From Rikenellaceae bacterium (GTDB lineage Bacteria > Bacteroidota > Bacteroidia > Bacteroidales > Rikenellaceae), in contig JAJBVQ010000260.1 of assembly GCA_020859745.1 (NCBI GenBank), positions 1 to 49,766 on the forward strand: a stretch of 49,766 nucleotides of DNA. Reading direction: 5' to 3'. The position numbers and the translations under genes are program-made. This document shows positions 41,624 to 49,766 of this stretch, piece after piece. A model generated the notes under the pieces. The model made no database searches. It saw only the letters and a list, made by a program, of their open reading frames with translations, and was not told where the DNA came from. Numbering within the stretch: the stretch's first letter is position 1; every line of letters begins with the position of its first letter.

Positions 41624-41625
41624 TT

Positions 41626-42909
41626 ATGAATATCAAACGCAACATCATTTTTGCATTGGAGAGCCGGAAGAAGAACGGTGTACCAATCGTAGAGAACGTG
41701 CCTATCCGTATGCGTGTCATATACGCAAGCCAACGCATCGAATTTACAACAGGCTACCGGATTGACGTAGCCAAATGGGATGCCGACAAACAACGGGTAA
41801 AGAACGGATGCACCAACAAGCTGAAACAAAGCGCATCCGAAATCAATGCGGACTTGCTGAAATACTATGCCGAGATTCAAAACGTGTTTAAGGAGTTTGA
41901 GGTACAGGAAACCATGCCGACCACCCAACAGCTAAAGGATGCGTTCAATCTGCGGATGAAAGACAACAGTGAAGAACAGCAGGAAGAAGCGCAGATAAGT
42001 TTTTGGGAAGTGTTCGATGAGTTTGTAAAAGAGTGTGGCAACCAGAATAATTGGACGGCATCCACCTATGAGAAATTTGCAGCAGTGAGAAACCACCTCA
42101 AAGAGTTCAAGGAAGATGTAACCTTTGAATACTTCAACGAGTTCGGGTTAAACGAATATGTCAATTTCTTGCGTGATAAGAAAGACATGAGGAACAGCAC
42201 CATCGGCAAACAAATGGGATTTCTCAAATGGTTCCTGCGCTGGAGTTTCAAAAAAGGACATCATCAGAACATTGCATACGATACATTCAAACCCAAATTA
42301 AAAACCACCTCTAAAAAGGTAATATTCCTGACTTGGGACGAATTGAACAGACTGAAAGATTACCAGATACCGAAAGACAAGCAATATTTGGAACGTGTCA
42401 GGGATGTCTTTCTATTCTGTTGCTTCACAAGTCTGCGATACTCGGATGTTCGTAATCTGAAAAGAAGCGATGTGAAACCCGACCACATTGAAGTTACCAC
42501 AGTCAAAACGGCAGACAGTCTGAATATTGAACTGAACAAATACAGTAAAGCCATACTTGAAAAATACAAGGAAGTCCATTTTGAAAACCACATGGCATTG
42601 CCTGTCATCAGCAACCAAAAGATGAACGATTATTTGAAAGAGTTGGGGGAACTCGCTGAAATCAACGAGCCTGTAAGGGAAACCTACTACAAAGGGAATG
42701 AGCGTATAGATGAAGTCACCCCAAAATACGCATTGCTAAGCACCCATGCAGGAAGAAGAACATTCATTTGCAATGCGCTGGCTCTCGGTATTCCGGCACA
42801 GGTCGTAATGAAATGGACGGGACACAGTGACTATAAAGCCATGAAACCCTACATTGACATAGCGGATGATATTAAGGCAAATGCCATGAACAAGTTTAAC
42901 CAACTATAA
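41626..42909 (+). CDS. int: Tyrosine integrase, IntN2-like (427 aa)
   Basis: Starts MNIKRNIIFALESRKK; catalytic TSLRYSD, HAGRRTF, GHS, MKPY; N-terminal arm-binding domain. Confidence 0.93.
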   Translation: MNIKRNIIFALESRKKNGVPIVENVPIRMRVIYASQRIEFTTGYRIDVAKWDADKQRVKNGCTNKLKQSASEINADLLKYYAEIQNVFKEFEVQETMPTTQQLKDAFNLRMKDNSEEQQEEAQISFWEVFDEFVKECGNQNNWTASTYEKFAAVRNHLKEFKEDVTFEYFNEFGLNEYVNFLRDKKDMRNSTIGKQMGFLKWFLRWSFKKGHHQNIAYDTFKPKLKTTSKKVIFLTWDELNRLKDYQIPKDKQYLERVRDVFLFCCFTSLRYSDVRNLKRSDVKPDHIEVTTVKTADSLNIELNKYSKAILEKYKEVHFENHMALPVISNQKMNDYLKELGELAEINEPVRETYYKGNERIDEVTPKYALLSTHAGRRTFICNALALGIPAQVVMKWTGHSDYKAMKPYIDIADDIKANAMNKFNQL

Positions 42910-42978
42910 AAGTATCAATCAGTTTCATGGATTATCCGCTATTTGAATTATATTTGCGACAACAATAGACATTGGAAC

Positions 42979-44277
42979 ATGGAAAACAACAAAGAACATC
43001 ATATAGAAAGAACGAACTTTGACGCATTTGTTCATGCTGTCGGTTCGGAAATAGAACAGGCGCAAGTCAGGCTGATTACCGCAGCCAATGCGCAAATGCT
43101 GTTCCATTATTGGAAAATAGGAAACTATATCCTGTATCATCAGAACTTACAAGGCTGGGGAAGCAAAATCATCAAGCAACTGGCAAAGGCTATCCGGCTC
43201 AATTACCCTGAAAAGAAAGGCTATTCGGAACGTAACCTTACTTATATGTGCCAATTCGCACGGTCATATCCGCTGAACGTGCTACGAAGTTTCATTGATA
43301 CGGATGCAAGGCTATCTGTTCCAAGCATACAGAAGGTCGCAGATGAAGTCTTGAAACTAAACAACGGACAATTTACGCAAGAACTTACTGCGCAAATACA
43401 ATCCACTGATAGTCAGTTGTTAGAATTTACGCAAGAACCTCTTGCGCAAATTCAGAATGTTGCCAAAACTGTATCTGCCATTTACCGGATAACGATTGAG
43501 GATATAGAAAAATTATTTTTGGCATCCCCTGTTGCCAGAATAAATTGGGCAAGTCATGTAATTATGCTCAATAATTCGCTTCCATTAGGTGTAAAATATT
43601 GGTACATGAAACAATCGGTAGAAATGGGTTGGAGCAGCAATGTTCTTAAAATACAAATTGAAACCAACCTATATAACAGACAAATCAGTAACAACAAGGT
43701 AAACAATTTTACAGCCACACTTCCAGCACCACAAAGCGACCTTGCCAATTACCTGTTGAAAGACCCGTATATCTTCGATTTGGCAGGAGCGAAAGAAAAG
43801 GCAGACGAAAGGGACATAGAGGAACAACTGGTAAAACACGTTACCCGTTATTTGTTGGAAATGGGCAACGGTTTTGCCTTTGTCGCCCGGCAGAAGCATT
43901 TTCAAATTGGCAACAGCGATTTCTTTGCCGACTTGATTCTATATTCAATTCCGCTACACGCATACATTGTAGTGGAATTAAAGGCTACTCCATTCAAGCC
44001 GGAGTATGCAGGACAACTGAACTTCTACATCAATGTGGTGGATGACAAACTGAGGGGAGAAAATGACAACAAGACTATCGGGCTGTTGCTGTGCAAGGGA
44101 AAAGATGAAGTTGTGGCACAATACGCTTTGACAGGCTACGACCAGCCGATAGGTATCAGTGATTACCAGTTGAGCAAGGCTATACCCGAAAATTTGAAAT
44201 CAGCTTTGCCAAGTGTGGAAGAGGTGGAAGAAGAACTGGCATCTTTCCTTGACAAGGACAATAATCCCCAAAATTGA
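42979..44277 (+). CDS. DUF1016/YhcG family PD-(D/E)XK nuclease-domain protein
   Basis: YWKIG, GWGSKII, KGYSERNL, KDPYIFD, LLEMGNGFAFVARQ, VVELK, GQLNFY, IGLLLC. Confidence 0.88.
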   Translation: MENNKEHHIERTNFDAFVHAVGSEIEQAQVRLITAANAQMLFHYWKIGNYILYHQNLQGWGSKIIKQLAKAIRLNYPEKKGYSERNLTYMCQFARSYPLNVLRSFIDTDARLSVPSIQKVADEVLKLNNGQFTQELTAQIQSTDSQLLEFTQEPLAQIQNVAKTVSAIYRITIEDIEKLFLASPVARINWASHVIMLNNSLPLGVKYWYMKQSVEMGWSSNVLKIQIETNLYNRQISNNKVNNFTATLPAPQSDLANYLLKDPYIFDLAGAKEKADERDIEEQLVKHVTRYLLEMGNGFAFVARQKHFQIGNSDFFADLILYSIPLHAYIVVELKATPFKPEYAGQLNFYINVVDDKLRGENDNKTIGLLLCKGKDEVVAQYALTGYDQPIGISDYQLSKAIPENLKSALPSVEEVEEELASFLDKDNNPQN

Positions 44278-44282
44278 GGTCT

Positions 44283-45320
44283 ATGGCAGGAGAGATTAAC
44301 AAACTGATTCCCCTATACGGAGAACTCAACAGGATATATAATGATTGGGTGACCAATTATGCTTTTTCTTTTGACAAGCAAAAATTCATCACCGATTTTT
44401 ACAGGCAGCACAATGATACAAAGGCTTTTGAATCCGCTATCCTTGAACTGGTACTTGACAAGCATAAAGAACAATACACATTGATTCTCAATAGTTTAAA
44501 AATCGAAATAGAAAAGAATATACGGGCTTATGAAACAAAACCTCTGAATGATGACATCATAAAGCGTGTGTGTTTTCACTACGCAGACAGACGTAATTCT
44601 GCAATTAGAGACCAGTTGGAGATTACCACCAAGTTGCACGAGCCTTTGAATGACGCATACCACAGATATGATTTCATTGGTTTTCGGGAGCATACGGACG
44701 AAGAAGAAATACAGGCAGAAAAGGAATATGAACGCTGCAAGGCTGAATACGACAAGGAAAAGAAGGAATTGGATAAACTCTATGAACTGCAAAAGCAAGA
44801 CCAGAAAGAGGCTTTTCAATATATCGAAAACCTTTCCAGTGATGTTTACCGCCTAAGCCTTCTTTTCATGGAAGTCCTGAAAAAATACCTTCCTGATGAT
44901 GTGGAAGAAAAACGACCGGAGGAATCAGTCGAGCAAAATGCGCAAGAAGAAGTACAGAATACACCGGAGGAACAGCATGAATATTTTGACATGAAGCCGC
45001 TTTCGCCTATTTATGAAACCTGTGTCGGGGAACAGTTCGAAGCCATTACCATAGCGGACTTCTATGCCAATATAAATCTGTACCCCTGCAAGAACAGATT
45101 AAAAATCAAGGCAAGGGAAAAGATACGGGTGTGTTACCTGATATTCCTGATGAGTGAAAAACTATCCAAGCAATACAGGGACGAATGGCGAGACAAGATA
45201 TTGAAACTACTGGATATTGACGAGAGCTATTACAGATCGAAGTACAAAGAACCCGTTTCCGATTTTCCAAGTGATAGCAACCAGAAATTCGCCAAAGAAA
45301 TGGAAAGCATATTCAGATAA
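44283..45320 (+). CDS. Hypothetical element protein (NBU Orf2-like position)
   Basis: About 345-aa ORF starting just after the DUF1016 stop; charged coiled-coil middle; no motif recognised. Confidence 0.7.
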   Translation: MAGEINKLIPLYGELNRIYNDWVTNYAFSFDKQKFITDFYRQHNDTKAFESAILELVLDKHKEQYTLILNSLKIEIEKNIRAYETKPLNDDIIKRVCFHYADRRNSAIRDQLEITTKLHEPLNDAYHRYDFIGFREHTDEEEIQAEKEYERCKAEYDKEKKELDKLYELQKQDQKEAFQYIENLSSDVYRLSLLFMEVLKKYLPDDVEEKRPEESVEQNAQEEVQNTPEEQHEYFDMKPLSPIYETCVGEQFEAITIADFYANINLYPCKNRLKIKAREKIRVCYLIFLMSEKLSKQYRDEWRDKILKLLDIDESYYRSKYKEPVSDFPSDSNQKFAKEMESIFR

Positions 45321-45350
45321 TTCGTGATACATCCTGACATTCCATGAAAT

Positions 45351-45474
45351 TACCACTTTTACCACTCAAATTAATTTTTGAGTGGTATTTTTATTCTCTG
45401 ATATTCAGATGAATAATAAGACATTCCATTTACATTAACCACATCCTTACCACTTATAACCCTACCTAATTTTG
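45351..45474 (+). promoter_or_regulatory. Promoter region of the xis-ATPase operon with TACCAC boxes
   Basis: TACCAC at 45351, 45360, 45448; IR TACCACTCAAA-ttaatt-TTTGAGTGGTA; TAATTTTG at 45467-45474. Confidence 0.55.
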
Positions 45475-45543
45475 CATCGTTCGAGAACATAGATAACAGC
45501 CAGTGCGCAGGGCTGATTGTTTAACGACTAAATAGATTGGACG

Positions 45544-45852
45544 ATGACAAATCTTCAAGAGTTATTATTAAAACCCGTCTGGCAGATGACAGGCGAAGAG
45601 TTCATATTCCTAAGCAAGCACGCTTCCAACCAAACGGAAGCGCAACCGCAGCCCATCACGGACATGGAAAGGAAGTATGTGTACGGAATACCGGGCATTG
45701 CCAAACTGTTCGGGTGCAGCCTGCCCACCGCCAACCGTATAAAGAAAAGCGGAAAGATTGACAAAGCCATTACGCAAATAGGGCGCAAGATTATCGTTGA
45801 TGCGGAACTTGCCCTTGAACTGGCCGGAAAGAAAACCGGAGGACGAAAATAA
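45544..45852 (+). CDS. DUF3853-type HTH excisionase-like protein (NBU Orf2x-like)
   Basis: KPVWQMTGEEF, YVYGIPGIAKLFGCSLPTANRIKKSG, QIGRKIIVD. Confidence 0.82.
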   Translation: MTNLQELLLKPVWQMTGEEFIFLSKHASNQTEAQPQPITDMERKYVYGIPGIAKLFGCSLPTANRIKKSGKIDKAITQIGRKIIVDAELALELAGKKTGGRK

Positions 45853-45866
45853 CGGGAGGTGTACTT

Positions 45867-46943
45867 ATGGATTATATGAAAGACAACAAGGAAATATCGG
45901 CAGAAGAAGCCGTAATCCTTTGGCAAGCCTCACGTTTGAGCCTGTCGAAAAGTTATGAAAAAGCACCGGAGATTCTCAAAGTACATGGTTCCGTCATAGG
46001 GACATTGGGGAATTTCAGTGCATCCATCGGCAAAGCCAAGAGCAAAAAGACGTTCAATGTGTCGGCTATCGTAGCCGCCGCATTGAAGAACGGCACAGTG
46101 CTGCGATATGTGGCTGAACTTCCGGAAGACAAACGGAAAATCCTTTATGTGGACACGGAACAAAGCCCTTATCATTGCCTGAAAGTCATGAAACGTATTT
46201 TGCGGATGGCCGGGCTTCCCGATGACAGGGACAATGAAAATCTTGAATTTCTTGCTTTGAGGAAATACACGCCCGAACAGCGTATCAGGATTGCAGAGCA
46301 GGCTATCTACAATACCCCCAACATAGCCCTTGTAATCATAGACGGTATTCGTGATATGGTATATGACATCAACAGCCCCGGCGAATCCACACGCATCATA
46401 TCCAAACTGATGCAGTGGACGGACGACAGGCAGATACATATCCATACGATACTGCATCAGAACAAAGGGGATGAAAATGCGAGAGGGCATATCGGTACTG
46501 AACTGAACAACAAGGCAGAAACCGTACTCCTTGTGGAAAAGGACAAGAACAACGGGGATATAAGTAAAGTATCAGCCATGCACATAAGGGCAATGGACTT
46601 CGAGCCTTTCGCATTCCGTATCAACGACAATGCCCTGCCCGAACTCATGGAGGGTTACAAGCCCGAAGCCAAGAAACCGGGAAGGCCGGAAGAGGAAAAG
46701 TTTGACCCTTACAGGCACATCACCGAACAACAGCACCGCATCGCACTGGAAGCGGTTTTCGGACTGAAAGAGGAATATGGCTACAAGGAGCTGGAAAATG
46801 CCTTAATCAAAAGCTATACGTCAATAGGTGTAAAGCTGAACCATCAAAAGGCGGTACCGCTCATCACCATGCTTCGCAACAAACGGATGATAGTGCAGGA
46901 GAACGGCAGGAAATACACGTTCATGCCCGACTTCCACTATTAG
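45867..46943 (+). CDS. AAA family P-loop ATPase (RecA/RepA helicase-like; NBU Orf3-like)
   Basis: Walker A GKAKSKKT, LYVDTEQ, Walker B IIDGIRD, ILHQNK, RGHIG. Confidence 0.82.
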   Translation: MDYMKDNKEISAEEAVILWQASRLSLSKSYEKAPEILKVHGSVIGTLGNFSASIGKAKSKKTFNVSAIVAAALKNGTVLRYVAELPEDKRKILYVDTEQSPYHCLKVMKRILRMAGLPDDRDNENLEFLALRKYTPEQRIRIAEQAIYNTPNIALVIIDGIRDMVYDINSPGESTRIISKLMQWTDDRQIHIHTILHQNKGDENARGHIGTELNNKAETVLLVEKDKNNGDISKVSAMHIRAMDFEPFAFRINDNALPELMEGYKPEAKKPGRPEEEKFDPYRHITEQQHRIALEAVFGLKEEYGYKELENALIKSYTSIGVKLNHQKAVPLITMLRNKRMIVQENGRKYTFMPDFHY

Positions 46944-46958
46944 CCTGTTGTTTGTAAT

Positions 46959-47077
46959 CGCTTCACTTTATTCTGTGGGTCTATATATTAGGAATAAAGC
47001 GAAGCGGTTGCAGGAAGTACAAAACCACTTCACTTTACTACCGTATCCTATATATACGAAAATAAAGTGAAGTGGTT
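46959..47077. repeat. Two tandem long-spacer inverted repeats (CTTCACTTTA...TAAAGYGAAG)
   Basis: IR1 46959-46973/46992-47006 (14/15); IR2 47023-47037/47063-47077 (15/15); both spacers contain CTATATAT. Confidence 0.8.
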
Positions 47078-47167
47078 ATACAGACCGTACTTCTTAAAAT
47101 GGTACGGGCGAAAAGAAAAACGAATCAATTTAGCAACCAATTTACCAACTACTAAAACAATCATTTT

Positions 47168-48124
47168 ATGGATATACAGACAGCCAAGCAAATCAGGATA
47201 GCAGATTTTCTGCACAGTTTGGGATATTCTCCCGTCAAGCAACAAGGTATCAACCTGTGGTATAAATCACCGTTAAGGGAAGAAGCAGAAGCTTCGTTCA
47301 AGATAAATACCGAACGTAACCAATGGTATGACTTCGGTTTGGGCAAAGGTGGCGGTATCATTGAACTGGCTGCACACCTGTATGCTACCGACCATGTACC
47401 TTACATTTTAAAACGGATAGCGGAACAGACACCGCATGTGCGCCCGGTATCTTTCTCTTTTGGCAAGCAAAACTCTTCCGAACCGAGTTTCCAACAGTTG
47501 GAGATTGTTCCGTTATCGTCCCCTGCCCTGCTTGCCTACTTGCAGGGAAGAGGAATAAATATGGAACTGGCAAAAAGAGAATGTAGTGAAGCCCGTTTCA
47601 CCCACAATGGCAAACGGTACTTTGCCATCGCCTTTCCCAATGGTTCGGGTGGATTTGAGGTTCGCAACCGCTATTTCAAGGGTTGCATCGCACCCAAGGA
47701 AATCTCCCACATCAGGCAGTCGGGGAAAGCAAGGAATACCTGTTATGTGTTCGAGGGATTCATGGACTACCTCTCCTTTCTGACATTGAGACAGGAGAGC
47801 TGCCCGAATTATCCGGAGTTGGACGGACAGGACTACATTGTATTGAACTCCGTATCGAATGTAAACAAGGCTCTCTATCCGTTGGGCAGCTACGAACGCA
47901 TCCACTGCTTTTTTGACAACGACCATGCAGGCATGGAAGCTCTCCGACAAATCCGCAAGGAATACGGCAGAGACCTGTACATCCGTGACGCTTCGCAGAC
48001 TTACAACGGATGCAAGGACTTGAATGAATACTTGCAGAAACAGGTTGAAAGAAAAAGGCAAGTCCGGTCTGTCAAAGAGACGCGCAGCCAGTCACCGAAA
48101 AAGAAGAACGGCTTTCAGTTATAG
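47168..48124 (+). CDS. Primase-like protein (zinc-binding-like N-terminus + Toprim), PrmN-like
   Basis: SPLREE..ASFKIN..NQWYDFGLGKGG; Toprim VFEGFMDYLS, FDNDHAG, KDLNEY. Confidence 0.85.
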   Translation: MDIQTAKQIRIADFLHSLGYSPVKQQGINLWYKSPLREEAEASFKINTERNQWYDFGLGKGGGIIELAAHLYATDHVPYILKRIAEQTPHVRPVSFSFGKQNSSEPSFQQLEIVPLSSPALLAYLQGRGINMELAKRECSEARFTHNGKRYFAIAFPNGSGGFEVRNRYFKGCIAPKEISHIRQSGKARNTCYVFEGFMDYLSFLTLRQESCPNYPELDGQDYIVLNSVSNVNKALYPLGSYERIHCFFDNDHAGMEALRQIRKEYGRDLYIRDASQTYNGCKDLNEYLQKQVERKRQVRSVKETRSQSPKKKNGFQL

Positions 48125-48341
48125 CCCACTATAACTACACGCTCCGCTTTCGTAGTTGTGGGCTCTCCCGAGGGGATTAGGGCTTTGCCCTAATGACCCA
48201 CTCAGGGCGTTTCACCCCTGAGAACCCCGAGCAAAGAGTGACCCTCTCTTTGCAATCTCCGCTTATGGGTTACACCCCCTAAGAACCCCTCTGCGGAAGC
48301 GAGCAAAGCAATCAATTGTAAACAATAAAAACAGAATAGTT
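48117..48341. other. oriT (MOBV type) between primase and relaxase genes
   Basis: AGTTATAG-CCCA-CTATAACT hairpin over the primase stop; the minus strand TATAGTGGG resembles pMV158/pUB110-family nic; further IRs at 48124-48162 and 48176-48194. Confidence 0.75.
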
Positions 48342-49745
48342 ATGGCAACAAAATCAAGCATACATATCAAGCCTTGCAACATCGCATCGAGCGAGGCGCA
48401 CAACCGAAGGGCTGCCGAGTATATGCGTAATATCGGGGAGTCCAGAATCTATGTCGTTCCCGAACTTTCCACCGATAACGAACAGTGGATAAATCCCGAC
48501 TTCGGCACTCCCGAACTGCGGACGCACTATGACAACGTCAAACGAATGGTCAAGGAAAAGACCGGACGTGCCATGCAGGAAAAAGAAAGGGAACGCAAGG
48601 GAAAGAATGGAAAGACTATCAAGGTGGCGGGATGTTCCCCCATCCGTGAGGGAGTGTTACTCGTCAGACCGGACACCACACTGGCTGACGTGCGTAAATT
48701 CGGCGAGGAGTGCCAAAGGCGTTGGGGCATCACACCGCTTCAAATCTTCCTGCACAAGGACGAGGGGCATTGGCTGAGCGGACACCCCGAAGCCGAAGAT
48801 AGGGAGAGTTTCCAAATAGGCGAAAGATGGTTCAAACCGAATTATCATGCCCATATCGTTTTCGACTGGATGAACCACGAAACCGGAAAAAGCCGAAAAC
48901 TTAATGATGAAGATATGACCGAAATGCAGAGCTTGGCATCCGACATTCTAATAATGGAACGTGGGCAGTCAAAGGCCGTCACTGGCAAAGAGCATTTAGA
49001 GCGAAACGACTTTATCATTGAAAAACAGAAAGCTGAACTGCAACGTATAGAGGAAACCAAACGACACAAGGAGCAACAAATAAGCTTTGCCGAACAGGAG
49101 CTGAAACAGGTAAAATCGGAGATACGCACCGACAAGCTCAAAAGTGTAGCCACTGATGCAGCCACCGCCATAGCAAGTGGTGTCGGTTCTCTTTTCGGCA
49201 GCGGTAAATTGAAAGATTTGGAACAATCTAACGAGAATTTACGTCATGAAATAGCCAAACGTGACAAGGGTATTGATGAATTAAAAGCCAAGATGCAACA
49301 AATGCAGGAACAGCACGGCAAGCAGATTCGTAACCTGCAAGGAATACATAATCAAGAGCTTGAAACCAAAGACAAGGAAATATCACGATTGAACACCATT
49401 CTTGAAAAAGCATTCAACTGGTTCCCATTGCTCAAAGAGATGTTGAGAATGGAAAAACTATGTTATGCTATCGGATTTACCAAAGACATGGTAAACAGTC
49501 TTTTGACCAAAAAAGAATCTATCAGGTGTAATGGTAAAATTTATTCCGAAGAGCATAGACGAAGATTTGAAATCAAGAATGATGTTTTCAAAGTGGAGAA
49601 AAGTCCGGTCGATGATAACAAATTGGTGCTGACCATAAACCGACAACCGATAGGTGAATGGTTCAAGGAACAATGGAAGAAATTAAGGCAAGGTTTGCGA
49701 CAGTCTGCGGAAGAGCCAAGAAAAAGTAGAGGGTTCAGAATGTAA
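48342..49745 (+). CDS. mob: MOBV-family relaxase, MobN-like (467 aa)
   Basis: N-terminal EAHNRR, HKDEG...PNYHAH motif, C-terminal coiled coil. Confidence 0.88.
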   Translation: MATKSSIHIKPCNIASSEAHNRRAAEYMRNIGESRIYVVPELSTDNEQWINPDFGTPELRTHYDNVKRMVKEKTGRAMQEKERERKGKNGKTIKVAGCSPIREGVLLVRPDTTLADVRKFGEECQRRWGITPLQIFLHKDEGHWLSGHPEAEDRESFQIGERWFKPNYHAHIVFDWMNHETGKSRKLNDEDMTEMQSLASDILIMERGQSKAVTGKEHLERNDFIIEKQKAELQRIEETKRHKEQQISFAEQELKQVKSEIRTDKLKSVATDAATAIASGVGSLFGSGKLKDLEQSNENLRHEIAKRDKGIDELKAKMQQMQEQHGKQIRNLQGIHNQELETKDKEISRLNTILEKAFNWFPLLKEMLRMEKLCYAIGFTKDMVNSLLTKKESIRCNGKIYSEEHRRRFEIKNDVFKVEKSPVDDNKLVLTINRQPIGEWFKEQWKKLRQGLRQSAEEPRKSRGFRM

Positions 49746-49766
49746 TTTTGATAGTATTTGATTGTT

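Larger units (their letters stand above)
41452..49766 (+). mobile_element. NBU2-like integrative mobilizable element, extending beyond the window
   Basis: att core, tyrosine integrase, xis-like HTH, AAA ATPase, prmN-like, oriT and mob in NBU gene order; visibly lower GC than the host. Confidence 0.9.

Noticed and set aside
41512-41625. 38-aa N-terminal extension of the integrase
   Set aside because: TTG start that runs through the promoter and arm repeats; ATG 41626 (MNIKRN) is the better start
46959-47077. CRISPR array or Rho-independent terminators
   Set aside because: Only two units with inverted half-sites, no spacer series and no cas genes; loops are long and U-tails are absent

Overview
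GC-rich Bacteroidota chromosome. The host is inferred from TAnnTTTG promoter boxes and gene content; a Rikenellaceae-like host is a guess. Bases 498-41463 are two head-to-tail copies of one 20,483-bp block, with every ORF recurring at +20,483 and the same translation. The block holds the lpdA 3' end, a HlyC/CorC protein, a lipoprotein, a 1.4-kaa CoA-dehydratase activase-like protein, malic enzyme, an MBL hydrolase, tex, ric/ytfE, a MATE pump, a frameshifted MFS pump, ribB, a nitroreductase, two AraC regulators and an rclA/rclC-like pair. From ~41452 to the window end lies an AT-richer NBU2-like mobilizable element (int, DUF1016 nuclease, hypothetical, excisionase-like HTH, AAA ATPase, primase-like, oriT, MOBV relaxase). 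It is bounded by a tRNA-Ser 3'-end att core. Key observation: the duplication junction (20969-20990) joins this att core to an att-like sequence inside lpdA (486-508). This suggests the element's integrase made the duplication, possibly by capturing 20.5 kb of host DNA as an 'NBU-prime'. An assembly artefact cannot be excluded without reads.
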